From positions 1 through 64,000 of the forward strand of contig NIVC01001524.1 of the NCBI GenBank assembly GCA_002269645.1: a stretch of DNA of 64,000 nt, written 5' to 3'. The notes beneath the pieces were generated by a model. That model was not told the DNA's origin. It searched no databases and was given only the letters and a program-made list of their open reading frames with translations. Source of the stretch: Macrostomum lignano. Lineage: Eukaryota. Both the position numbers and the translations under genes were made by a program. Positions 51,335 to 64,000 of the stretch are shown here, in pieces (the first letter of the stretch is position 1; each line of letters opens with the position of its first letter).

Positions 51335-54300
51335 TCAACTCAGTCTCATTCGACTGAGCTTGGCGTGAGTCCAGCTGTCTCTCTGCTTCACTGCAGTTTC
51401 CATGACAACAAGGCGCCCCAAGTCGGCCCCGTCTCGCCGCAGCCTCGCCCTCGCCCACAGCCTCCGCTCCTCATCTTCCCTGCTGCGGTGAGCGCCAAAG
51501 TCGCTGCCGCTGCAGTTCGAAACTCGCCACCGCTTCTGCCTGACCCAGCTGATCATCTCCTCGTCCTGCGACTCCATGGCGACGCGTCTCTCTTTCTCGA
51601 TCATCTCCATCTGCTGCAGGCTGAGGTCCACGTGCTCGCGGAAGTCGCTGTAGTGAGCCAGAGTGAGCAGCTCCTCCAAGTCCGGGTCCTCTTGCAGCTG
51701 AGTCTTCCAAGCATCGAAAGAGATTTCATTTTCGGGTGTTCGATCGCGGAGCAGCTCAGCTTGGAGACTCCAACTCAGGCAGCGGAAGTTCACGTACAGG
51801 TGTGAGGACCGAGGCTGCGACAGTCTGGCAATGAACAGAGTCTGCGTGAACTCGGGAAGAAAAGGAAAGCGAGGCCGAGTGTCGCACGGAAAGCAGAACC
51901 TCCACGCCCAGTCCAAGTCGTCGGGGACCTCCCAATCTTCCAGCCGACTGGTTGTAAAGCATTCCGGCGTCCAGGCAGGCTGAGCAGAGTGATTGTAGAG
52001 CTTCTTCAGTGGTGCCTCGGCCTCCTCAACCTCTCCGAACTTTAAGTGCGCCATGACATTGAGACAGAGTGCGGCAGTCTTGCACCACTGCAGTCGGTCT
52101 AAAAGTTGCAGCTCATTCATTAGGGAGGCCTTGCCTGTTTTTGCTGACGTCAGCTTCTGCTCATTCATTAGGGAGGCCTTGCCTGTTTTTGCTGACGTCA
52201 GCTTCTGCTCATTCATTAGGGAGGCCTTGCCTGTTTTTGCTGACGTCAGCTTCTGCTCATTCATTAGGGAGGCCTTGCCTGTTTTTGCTGACGTCAGCTT
52301 CTGCAGGCACTGGTAAATTACACAGTAGGCATCTCCAAAATGCAGGTATTGGTTTTTGCGTCTCGGTCTCACTTCGCTCACTCTACTTGGTGATGCCAAC
52401 GGCAGTAGAGCAAAAGGGTGGAAGAAGAAGTTCTGTGACTGCAGTGGTCTCAAGTACTCTTTCAGTAAACTCGCCATTTCTCCAATGTTTCTTCGCACTT
52501 CGATTAATCGGTCTCGAACCCTCGTCTTGGTACACGCGAAGTCGCCGCCGATTCCAGCGTTCTTAAAGTAGAGCGGAGCGTCCGACATGAAGAAGTGCGG
52601 CATGCACTCGTCGGGCGAGCTGCTTGAGTCAATGAAGCTCAACATCATTTCGAGAGCCTCTTTCACAAGAGAAATCAGCTTTTCCGGCTGCCAAGCGGGA
52701 TAAAAATCTTCGGTTCCGTGCTTCTCGAGCATGAAGAAGAGCAGAGTCTTTGCGTGGTAAGTTTTGAGTCCAGGTGTTTTCAGCGTGACGGGTAAGTATT
52801 TTTTGAAGATAAATTTGATTACTGTAAAGAGTTGACCCTGAACGTCAGAGAGGCTTCTCATGATTTGCTTTTCGTGTAAGCTGAAGCTCACCCTGAGCTC
52901 GTTTTGTGTTAGCTTTGTAGGTCGGGTTGCTCTCACCAGATGCACTTTTGGCGGTTTAGTGATGAGTTTAACCCTTTCAGGATCTGTGCAAAAGTCGCTG
53001 CAGCACTGAAAGGCACGGCACAGGTCCAGTCTGGGTCTCACGCCGCTTGCAGGAGTTGACAGGGCAGGCTGGCTGCCTAAAATATTAATAATTGGTTGCA
53101 GATTTTATTGTTATTTATCATTGTAGATGCGTTTTTCACACCTTTACTATTGTATTATACTTGATTTCTAATTGGTTTCTTGATTTTATGTACAAGATCA
53201 CAATAGTATAATCGGTGTGATTTATTAATGATGCAATGGGTTCTAGATAAAAAGTTTCCTTTTTTAACAATATTTCAATTTTGATTTTGCCGCGGTCGGA
53301 AATCGGAAAGACATTTGCTACAGTGTTGGAATAGATATAAGTACTAGCTTAGGTGTCTTGACGTGGAGGCTATTGACAAAACTTATTACTAAAAGTCGTA
53401 ACAATTTTTGCGTACCACAACTCTCGGGAATATTAACATGACCTTCTGCCACCATCTGCTGATCAGCCTGTGCACAATCTCCTGTCTGGGAGCACCCGCC
53501 CTGGAGATGAAACTTCTGCAGAGCAACAACAACCGTCCAGTCGATGTCTGAGTCATCCGCCGTTCTGCCGTTCACTTGAACCAGACTGTTGGCCCAGCCC
53601 TCTGCGTAGCTGCCCGTCAGCCAACTGTCGTCACGGACCAGCCAACTGTCGTCACGGACCACTTCGATGGGGATTCTCTGCAGGCAGTCGGCCATCACCT
53701 TCTGGCACTTGGCTCTGTCGCGGGTGAATCCTGCCGAGTTGAACAGCTCGTGCAACTCCGTGCTTAGCGGCTCGTCCTGTGCGCGATTTTCGTTCCTAAA
53801 ATGCGTAAATAGTTGAATACGTACTTGCAGGAAAAATCAGTTATTAACTTGTGGATAGTTGATCAATATCTTACCTTAAGTAAAAAGAATCAAGTAGTCG
53901 AAGCAGCTCTGAGTGTCCGTTCTGCTCCGCCAACTGCACGCATGTCAAACCCCGATCGTCTTGGTGACTCGCATCCGCTCCATTGTCTATCAGACTCTTT
54001 GCAGCTCGCACGTGACCCGCTTCGCATGCTCGAGTCAGAGCCGTCCGACCGTGACTGTCTTGGACTTGCACGGATGCACCGAGCTCCACAAGCTTCTCGA
54101 TGAGCTCGTGGTGACCTGCATCAGCTGCCAACATGAGAGCAGTGGCTCCTTTGCTGTCTGGCAGGTCAAGAACATCTCTGGTGAGCTGACGCAAAATAGC
54201 GAAGGCCAAGGATACATGTTCCCTTGAAATCGATCGTAGAAGTCTCAACTTTTCTGCCGGCTGTATGGTTGACAATGTTTTGTTCAGAATAGAGTTTTCA

Positions 54301-56483
54301 TTCTTCAGTGCCATCATAGAGAAGAATTGAAGCAACGGCGGAAACTGGAGCCACTGCGGTTCAATATCAAAGCGTTCTACGACGTTTTCGTGTCCGAAAG
54401 ACGCTCCGGCGAGGGCGCATTGACGGTGGCACTCAGTTCTCTGTTCTGTATCGCGAATCTTCCGCAACGAGGACATCATGGCATCAGCTTTGCCGCATCG
54501 TGCTGCAGACTCAGCAGCCCTGCTGTAGTAGAGATCCTTCAGACCTTCATCTTTCAGATCATCGACTTCTTTTGACATAGCATCGAACACATCAGTTTTA
54601 CCGCCACTTTGTGAGGACTCCGCTGCCTTCATGCAGCACTCCAGCCTGACGGATGGCTCTTCAGCCGACTGAACCAGAAAATTCACCACCTCGGTGTGGC
54701 CGTTGAAAGCCGCTGGCTCAACTGCAGTCAAGCAGCACTTGTCTCGCACTTGCTTTTCTGAGACTGTCTCAATGATAAACTTCACGAATTCAAAGTAGCC
54801 GTTTTTGGCAGCCGGTCTGACTGCTACTAATCTGCCTTTATCTTTAATAGATTGTGGAAATTCCATCCGAAATAAAGACTTCGCAACTTCGAGCTTCAGA
54901 TTGTTGGCAGCTGACTCCACTGATCGCAGATAGCTCTGATTTTTAATGCTTGAATCATTGATGCTGTTAACAAAGTCTTTCGTCTTTTCCAAGTTGCCAC
55001 TCCAAGCAGCAGATTCTGCAGCAGACGCGTAGCACTCGTCCTTTTGGCCCTGGTTGCTGATAGACTCAGCTAGAAACTTCACGACATCCCATTTTTGCGA
55101 ATCCGAAGCGGATTTTGCAGATTTCTTGCAGCATTGATTTTTTACAGTTTTGTCAACCATTTCTTGAACCAGATAGGTCACCAACTCAAGATGACCGTTC
55201 TTTGCTGCAGGCGGAGTGGCCCTGCTGCAGCACTGATCTTTTAGAGTCTTGTCAACCATTTCTTGAACCAGATAGGTCACCACCTCAAGATGACCGTTCT
55301 TTGCTGCAGGCGGAGTGGCCCTGCTGCAGCACTGGTCTTTTAGAGTCTTGTCAACCATTTCTTGAACCAGATAGGTCACCACCTCAAGATGACCGTTCTT
55401 TGCTGCAGGCGGAGTGGCCCTGCTGCAGCACTGGTCTTTCAAATTTTCTGCAACGGAGTCTACCAGAAACTTTGTGATCAAAAGTTGACGATTCTTTGCG
55501 GACGCCTTGACTGCCTTAAGGCAGCACTTGTCTCTTAGTTTCTGGTCTTTGATGGCTTCAATAGCATGTTTTGCCACTTCAAAGTGACCGTAGCTGGATG
55601 CAACTTCAGCTACTTTTATTGAGCATTCATACTTAAATCTTGTGCTTTTGCAGCCATGCAACACGGACTTCACTAGCTCAAAGTGTCCATTTCTAGCAGC
55701 AGATTCGGCAGAAATCATGCACAGTGCACGTTTCTCGCTTTCATTTTCTAATTTATTGAGCAACGCTTCGACAAGTTGGGCGTAGCCTTTGGCACCGATA
55801 TGCCTTGCTGCGACTGCCACTGATAGGCGTTGATCTGCTTCGTGCTGTGCCAAGACATCACTGCACTGCTCTCTCACTTCTGGTTCAGCGGCCTCTTTCG
55901 ATAGCAGCTCTAGTGTCTCCAACAATGCTTTTTCTGCAACTTGTTTCTCTTGATTACTTGTTGCAGTTCCAGCTGCCTCCATGCTAAACTGTTGCTTCAA
56001 CTCCTCGTCTGAGCTCAGTTCAACAAAAAAATTTCGGACATGTAAATCCTGGCTGTCTGCAGCAGCGTTAGCGAATCTGCGGCAGCACTGGTCTTTCAAG
56101 CTTTGGTTACCTATGGCTTTTGTAAGAATTTGCACAACATTCCAAGAGCGCCATATTTGGGCAGATTCTGCCATCTCACTGCACCAATTGTCCTTCCGCT
56201 CGCTGTCTCCCATGCTGTTTATGAATGATTCGAGTTTTTCCATTTGTTTGAACTTCATTGCGTGAATGGCAGCAGTTATGCAGCTCTGGTTCCTGACATC
56301 TTCATCGCCAATACAGCTCATCAAATACTCCACAATTTCCCATTTCTGCTTTTGCACAGCAAGCAAAGTTCCATCCTCACATAACTGGTTTTTTGCGTTC
56401 GGGTCACGTGTCTGCTCTACTAAAGCTTTTAACTTCTCTTGATCGCCAACCTTTACAACATCTTTTAGGCTGCTTTGACTCAT
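51335..56483 (-). CDS. Ankyrin-repeat + Mab21/cGAS-like nucleotidyltransferase (cGLR), exons 53875..56483, 53416..53795, 51335..53076 (1576 aa)
   Basis: Canonical GT..AG introns (53796-53874 and 53077-53415) join the three ORFs in frame. ANK motifs (GATALMLAADAGHHELIEKLVELGA), NTase GSYAEG…DSDID, a third Asp in RLDLC, and Mab21 C-lobe motifs (SFSLHEK, KTYHAKTLLF, PHFF) are present. Confidence 0.85.
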
Positions 56484-56710
56484 GCCGAACAGATTTTGGT
56501 GCGGCTGGATGGCGTCAAAAGCAAGCCGATGTAGCTGGTACTGAAATCTCCCTGTCGTCTAGCGCAGAATATGAGCGAAGTAGCTTGGCTAAAATTGAAT
56601 GCAGTAAAAGTATATTATATGCAATGCATTAAAATTCAGCAATATTTCAGTTGTTGGCAGGTAAACTAATGCAGGTACTAAGGCACTACGATACTAAGAG
56701 ACTGAGGCAG

Positions 56711-56897
<187 letters not shown>

Positions 56898-57271
56898 AAG
56901 TGACGGTTCGTTGGTTTGTTAGCTGGGCAACTGTGTGGGGTTTGTTACTTAACTCTATTCAATTAAACTTTACTTAGTCAACTTGCCCTTGCGATCAGCG
57001 TGTTCTATGTACTCTGTAAACCAATGCGTACTATATGCAATTCAGCGTTCATCATTGCGCTAGCTTTGCCTCGCCCCTTAAGTCTCTTCACTTACTCAGC
57101 CATTCAGTGCATCAGTGTAATTAAATATTCACAATATTTAACCTATTGCTCTCGATCTGTGTCTCGTCAAGTAACTTAGACTATTCTACTACAAATATAT
57201 CGCAATAATTTACACTCGTTTAAACAACATTCGGTTCCTGGCCTTCGCGGCACGTCAGTGTAGTAATATAT

Positions 57272-57369
57272 TAATATAGTTAGGCTGTTGAGGGCAGAAA
57301 TGAGCTAAACAGACGAGGCGCGCCGAGGCTGATTAGCTCATTTCTGCCCTCAACAGCCTAACTATATTA
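57272..57369. repeat. 37-bp perfect inverted repeat with GC-rich loop (CGAGGCGCGCCGAGG)
   Basis: Arms 57272-57308 and 57333-57369. Confidence 0.9.
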
Positions 57370-57372
57370 GTA

Positions 57373-57596
57373 CACCTTTTCACGTTCAATTTTGAACAAA
57401 GTCCAGTTCTAAAAAAACTAGCGGAAATTCAATTCAGACAATTCAGACTGGGGACAATTTTGTCTATGGCTAAACCTCGCTTCCGTAGCAGAATGTTTTG
57501 AACTGGGGTTTGTTGCCCCAGTCTGAATTGTCTGAATTGAATTTCCGCTAGTTTTTTTAGAACTGGACTTTGTTCAAAATTGAACGTGAAAAGGTG
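57373..57596. mobile_element. Tc1/mariner-type MITE, 81-bp perfect TIRs, TA target duplication
   Basis: Arms 57373-57453 and 57516-57596, with TA at 57371-57372 and 57597-57598. Confidence 0.8.
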
Positions 57597-58652
57597 TATT
57601 GTAGCCAATCTAAGCCTGCCAACGCAGCGGGCGAGAAATACCATTTCACGCCCGCTGAATCCATTCTATGGTCAAATTCCACTTGAAGTAAGCTATTGGC
57701 TTCATTTCTCGCCCGCTTCTTCTTGACTTGTCTATGGCCTAAGCACTCGAGACCTGTCATATATTAAGTCATGTTGAAGTCATGTTAGAAAGAAAAATCC
57801 ATCGTGTTTTTATTCCTTTACTGTTTGTTGAATATGCTGCGTTATTCTTCAATACGCGAAGACGAAATTAGTGGATTGAGCTCAGATTAGCTCGATTTCA
57901 TCACGCATCTCGATCCTCAGGACCATGTCGACAGAATCAATCAATGGACAGGGCTGACGGATGAGCAAGAGAGGCTAATTGATGAGGAACTACGCAATCC
58001 TACACCGGAAGATCACGTTGGAAACCTGTTTCGTGAATTGACACACTATTAGTCGTCGACTGGTGTTCCAGGCCGGTCTGAAACAAGCTTTACCGGATCG
58101 AACAGGTCGGTTGTATCGACTGGAGACGTAATCGAGAGATCGGCTACCGACTGCTCGGCTACCAACTACTCTATTGCAGTCGGTAGTTCCCAGAGTGCAA
58201 GCTCACTGTTTGGAAATTGCAAGTTTGAAAATTGTACGTTTAACTTTAATCAATCAAACTAAGGTCAGGAGGTATTCCGCGTGAGAAATCTAAGACTGTC
58301 AATGGACTATATATCTAATGTTTATCTCATGTTAATGTTAATATCTCATGTTAATGCAAAAATTAGCTCAAAATATACACATAGTTTCTTTGTGCCCACT
58401 CGGGGCCATAGACAACTTTTGCTGGCGGGCAGACATCGTTGCTTTCACCCTCGTTTCGGCAGGCTTAGGACTGCTACAATTCATCTTGTATGGCAAATAC
58501 TCGTAGGTTATTCTTTCAATGTAACCAGATATGTCAGCGTTTAGGTTAAATTTTTTCCATAGAAATTTTAATTGAATTAATAGCTATTCTGTGAGCACCA
58601 ATATAAATGTAGTAGGAAAACCTCTGCAATCTTAAACAGCACACCAAAAGCC

Positions 58653-58776
58653 GGTTCACGTTACCGCCATTAGCCCCGCGGGTCTAAGATTGCTCTAATC
58701 AGTTTTGAAATGTATCCGAAGTGACTGCACATTGATTTGAGCAATATTGGAACCGCTAATGGCGGTAATGTAAACC
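58653..58776. mobile_element. Small MITE-like element with 22-bp imperfect TIRs
   Basis: GGTTCACGTTACCGCCATTAGC … GCTAATGGCGGTAATGTAAACC (20/22 match). Confidence 0.5.
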
Positions 58777-61244
58777 TGACTTGATGAAAAACTGAAAGTA
58801 GGGCAGCTACTGAGTATAAAGTACACGAAATCAGCCTTGTTCTGGTTCTGGTATTTTTTTTAAAACAGCGAGAAAAGCCGAAAGTTTTTTCAGTTTAACT
58901 AGCAACAATGCAATGCAAAACTTACCGAAGTCAAAGCAAAATGTCGAATAAAGTTTCCAGCAAATATTCAATGTTAATTGAAATCATCAAATTTTATTAT
59001 AACAGCGAAGGTAGCATTGAGTGTGCAGCTTATTGCAAACATACGCAAGTAGCTTTGTCTAAATAGGGAGGGCTTTTCTGCCCTGGCTTTACCGCTCAAG
59101 CTGAGAACAATAGCAAGTCGGATTGCTCATGCACTACAGGTGCCAGCGTTAAGATACTGGAATCTGCTTGGTTAGGGTTCGGTGCATCATAGGTAGCATC
59201 TTCTAAATTTTGAGCACCGCTTGTTATTGAAATCTGTACGTAGCTCGTACGATTTATGTTTCAGAGCCTCGGTCAAGTTAAACCCCTTAAGCGGAGGGGT
59301 AGGTCTATGGATGCAGCACAATGCAACAGAATAACAAGCCGGCGAGGATAGGCAGCCACAACCCTCAAAGCACGCCTCCCTTGCGTGCTCTGTCTCATTC
59401 TTCTATAAAAAAGGCTGCCCTCACGACAGTCACTGCACTGGCATACGCTGACTGCTTAAAGAAAGAAAATTTTCTCACTTTTCAAAAGGTAGATTTGGAG
59501 TATCTTTTATTAAAGCAAAGACAAATATATAAAAAGGCAACCAAAAGGTAAGACGTTGAGAAAAATGGGAATCATGCAATCGTTGCGTGCGTTTGTTCAT
59601 GCGATAATCTGTAGTGACCTTCGCGAACTTTCTTTAGCGTATGAATAATAGAAATTTCCCGATATGGTAATATTAAATATTCTACGCTTTCCTGAAATTT
59701 CCATCAAGTTCACAATATTACTTCTACACCGTTTATGCATAGTTAATTATTAATTTACATGAATTCTTGTACTGTAACACTTAGTCACTATTTGAGCAAT
59801 ACGTACATACAACTTAGTTTTGTTATAACGATGCACGTTTTTCCAGAACTTTCCGGAAACCCCAATTTCATCTATAAATACACGAAACCAGAAATGCAAT
59901 TATTTTAAGTCCTTTTCAATCACTCGATTGACTCAAATAAACAGAGCATTCAACTGCTAAAGTCTTTACAAATCTACCGTAGTAATCTACGGGAATCTGC
60001 TACAACCCCAAGTAACCGAGGATATTTTATGGTTAAATAATTATTTAGGATATGCTGCAAGTAATTTTAGGTTGCTGTTTAAGTTAATCGTTGTCGATTA
60101 CGTTAAGATTCAATGCTGCTGAAAATTTCAATTTGCTAGATCAAACTTTTGTTCTCAAACTTTCAAGCAAATTAACTACTACTTAAATTTGTTCCAGAAT
60201 TTTTAATCGAATAAAACTAAACTAACCCAACTAACTAAACTATACTAACTAACTAAATTCACCCGCAAAAATACAATTGTAACCTTATGCCACATGCTAA
60301 AAGTAATAATTAAAAGCGAGTCTCTGAAATAAAAAGTGATAAGTTTGCCCGCAATAACTTCAACATGTCCATGGTCGGATGCTTTTCTTACTTGTTCTGT
60401 ATATCAGCATACTTTTGAGTACAAAATGGACGTCGGTTTTATTTGATTGTTAATTTAGGCCTTAAAAATCCAATGGAAGATTGCGTCTAATCCAAAGAGA
60501 ACTGTACAGTCTCCCCCCGAAGGGGGGGGGGCAAATTCGCTAGTCCTATACACTAAATCTCTAATCTATGTCTGTCTGTCCGAGTAAAACGCTCTGCAGA
60601 CTGTAATTCTTGACCAATTTTGATCGCGTTTTCACCAAAAAATTGCAATTCAGCCAAGGATTGTATGGTTAAAATTTCTTTTATCTGCTTCAATTCTAAA
60701 GGTCTTAAATATTCAAAAAACTGTAATTTCCTAAATAACTAGTGTATTTTTCTTGCAGTGAGAGCTCGAAAAAATAATACGTCTATGGCCATAGACTAAA
60801 CTTTAACTTCTTGAGCTGATGCTACGAGCTATAAATAATTAAATATTCGAAAGCTTCAGTATATGCACGAGGGAGATAAAAATATATTAAATTAATTTTC
60901 ATTCATTTGTAGCTTGTGCCTGGACTAATCGAATATTTTTGATTAATAGCTACTAAAACTTTTTATTAATTAGCAATAATTAGCTTCGACTATTAGTTAT
61001 CCCATCAATTGTCATTGCCTAGGCCTTTAAAATCGCTAAAATGCAGACCATGCAAAATCTTCGTTGCATTGACGTGGAAAAGACTGCCAATATCTATCGA
61101 AAATTGACTATACAAATTCTAATAAATATGTAAGAGGATTGCAAATAAAATTTAAACTGCAAGTTGCAAACATTTTAAATGGTTTTGATTATTGAGAAGC
61201 ATATGGCGATTAGTGGCCCTGATTGTGCAAAACAGTGCTGGTGA

Positions 61245-61470
61245 GCCATTGCTAAACTGGTGGTGAACGATTGTTAAACTGGTTGTGAAAAAATTGCTAA
61301 ACTGCTGGTGAACCATAGCTAAACTGCTGGTGAAGCATTGCTAAACTGCTGGTGAAGCATTGCTAAACTGCTTGTGAACGAATTGCTAAACTGCTGGTGA
61401 ACCATTGCTAAACTGCTGGTGAACCATTGCTAAACTGCTGGTAAACAAATGTCTAAAGTGGTGGTGAACC
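61245..61470. repeat. About 23-bp minisatellite (CATTGCTAAACTGCTGGTGAA core); second copy at about 62135-62245
   Basis: Direct tandem repeats with a duplicated upstream flank. Confidence 0.8.
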
Positions 61471-62379
61471 ATTGTATGGTTAACGAAATGCTACTTTTAA
61501 AGAGAAGTGCAAGTGCAAGTTAAGTGCAAGTTGTTGCGGGGATTACTGTGGACTGCTATGTGAATTATTTTAGTTTGCTGAAGGGACAATTCTAGGCCGC
61601 TGAGGGTATAGATGCTTAATGTTATTGAAAGTTGTAGAATGCAAAGTGGATAAATGCCGACTGCTAAAAGATGACTTCAGTCTGTTTTGCGGGATTATAT
61701 GGAGGGATGATTTCAGGTTGTTTTATGGATAGCTGGCGATTTCTGGGGGAGGGGGGTTAACTTCAAACTGCTGAAGTTACTAAACTTCTTGAATAGTAGA
61801 AGGTTCATTTCGACCATCTGTCAATAGGCACAATAGCCGCAGTAAGCAGGCAGTAACAGGCATAGACTGAAGGTCGGCAGTTCGAGCCTGGATTGAAGCA
61901 GCGAATTTATTTATGTGACCTGTGACAATATTTACTGTTTCCTATCTTTAAATTTAAAGATACTTTTGCTGGGGTTGCGTTAATCTTCTAGAGCAGTGCT
62001 ACTCTGATTTAAGTGCTAATTTGCAGGATGTATTACGAATCTGGGTAGCAGCACTAATCGGGGAGAGCAGTGCTAATCTGACGTACAATAAAGTAATAAA
62101 TATGTAATAGGATTGCAAATCAATTTCAAATGGAACCATTGCTAAACTGCTGGTGAAGCATTGCTAACCTGCTGGCGAAGCATTGCTAAACTGCTGGTGA
62201 AGCATTACGAAACTGCTGGTGAAGCATTGCTAAACTGCTGGTAAACAATTTCTAAGGTTATTAATTTTTTAATAAAAACTTATTTTAAAGAGAAGAAAAC
62301 TCAACGCAAGAAAAAGCGAAAAATAATCACCATGTCAACCATAAGAGAAGCAGCCTGTCGAGCATAAAATAATCATTGG

Positions 62380-63210
62380 GAATTACTAAGATGTCAAGGC
62401 TGGTATGGGAAATTGCTTTGATGTCAAGACTCACGGGAGAATTTCTGAGATGTCAAGACTTACTGAGGGACTTGCTGAGATGTCAAGGCTTATTGGGCTG
62501 GGAGAATTGCGCAGATGCCTAGACTCGAGTTAAATTACTGCGATGTCAAGGCTTACTGAGGAAATTTCTGAGATGTCAAAGCTTACTGGAGGAATTGCTG
62601 AGATGTCAAGGCTCGAGTTTAACTGCTGCGATGTCAAGGCTTACTGGGGGAATTTATGAGATGTCAAAGCTCAAGTATAATTGCTGCAATGTCAAGGCTT
62701 ACTGGGGGGAATTTCTGAAATGTCAAGGCTTACTGGGGGAATTGCTGAGATGTCAAGGCTTAAGCATAATTGCTGCGTTGTCAAAGCTTACTGGAGGAAT
62801 TTCTGAGATGTCAAGGCTTACTGGGGGGAATTGCTGAGTTGTCAAGGCTTACTGGGGGAATTGTTGAGATGTCAAGGCTTACTGGGGGAATTACTGAGAT
62901 GCCGAGGCTTACTAGGGGGAATTGCTGAGATGTCAAGGCTAACTGGGGGAATTGCTGAGATGTCAAGGCTAACTGGGGGAATTGCTGAGATGTCAAGGCT
63001 TACTGGGGGAATTGCTGAGATGTCAAGGCTTACTGGGGGAATTACTGAGATTGCGAGGCTTACTGGGGGGGGATTTGCTGAGATGACAAGGTTTACTGCG
63101 GGAAATTGCTGAGATGTCAAGGCTTACTGGGGGAATTATGAGATGTCAAGGCTTACTGGGGGAATTATGAGATATCAAGACTTACTGGGGGAATTATGAG
63201 ATGTCAAGGC
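62380..63210. repeat. About 30-bp degenerate minisatellite (GGGAATTGCTGAGATGTCAAGGCTTACTGG)
   Basis: Direct tandem repeats, more homogeneous toward the 3' end. Confidence 0.88.
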
Positions 63211-64000
63211 TCATGGGGGATGGCTTAATTGTTGAGGGAGGGGGTAGATTTCTGGGTGATTGTCAGATAGTCAAGTAGTACGGCTTAAGTAGCTTATTTA
63301 ATTCAGATAATGAAAAAAGTATATGTAAGTGATGCTAATTTCTGCTAAAAGGAAATACCAGCGTATTTATTAAAGGTTTGATTCTAATAAAGAGGGGTCT
63401 AAGGCCGTCAGGGATTGGCATATTGAGCTCCTGCGGACCAGAATATAACTAGGCCAATGACAATACGCACTAAGAGTTTTTGATTGAAAGGATAAGCACT
63501 ATTTGCTAATTGAGAAAGGGAAACACAAGCGCTAAACTGCTAAAAAGCCACCCTGAGGGGGGCTAAATGGCTAGTCCAAATATACTGAATCTCTAAGGTT
63601 TGTATGCTTGAATGAATGCTTGTTAACGCACTATAGAGATTGCAATTTTTGACCAATTTTGATCGCGTTTTTGCCAAAAGATTCAAAATTGTCTTTCAAA
63701 ATTCTTTGCACCATCTATATACTAAATATGGTATTTTGTACTAAAATCTCTGAGTAGCTAAATAAATTTATTTTAAAATAATTTTTAGTTTCTTTACACC
63801 GATGGCGTCAAGGGAACGCGATTTTCAAGTCGTTTTGGAACCCGAGTTCGAAGAAATACTGAAAAAAGCAACAAATGACGGCGATCTACAAAGCGTTGAC
63901 CATAAGATAGAAGAAATACGAGACGTAAAAAAGAGGGATGTGATATGCAGGACTGCAGCTTTACATTCATCAAGTGCAGATTTTTCTTCGCCGATGGCGT

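Larger units (their letters stand above)
60544..63574 (+). mobile_element. Non-autonomous Helitron-like element in a head-to-tail array
   Basis: It starts TC immediately after a GC hairpin + CTAG and ends with its own GC hairpin + CTAG (63571-63574). A related TC-start follows at 63575. Confidence 0.55.

Overview
Eukaryotic, repeat-rich animal genomic DNA. The host is not identifiable with certainty; the gene style and satellites suggest an invertebrate such as a flatworm, which is a guess. Positions 1-7714 are one end of an endogenous Polinton/Maverick (adintovirus-like) element. On the minus strand it encodes PLA2-integrase, two small virion proteins, major capsid, packaging ATPase, a hypothetical protein, minor capsid and a cysteine protease, and it ends in ...ACTACT with a 25-bp terminal hairpin. 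Main discovery: the PLA2-integrase gene is interrupted, exactly in the PLA2 Ca-binding loop (AG|PG), by an 880-nt group I intron (6175-7054, minus). The intron has U at the 5' exon end, a terminal omega-G, P1, P3-P9 and P/Q/R/S elements. It encodes a restriction-enzyme-like PD-(D/E)xK nuclease. Splicing creates a GGTCC site at the junction, and by manual scan the 7.7-kb element contains no other GGNCC. The rest of the window holds about 20 micro/minisatellite arrays, SINE, LINE, MITE and Helitron-like remnants, an orphan 409-aa ORF, and a three-exon gene for an approximately 1576-aa ankyrin-repeat/Mab21 (cGAS-like) nucleotidyltransferase.
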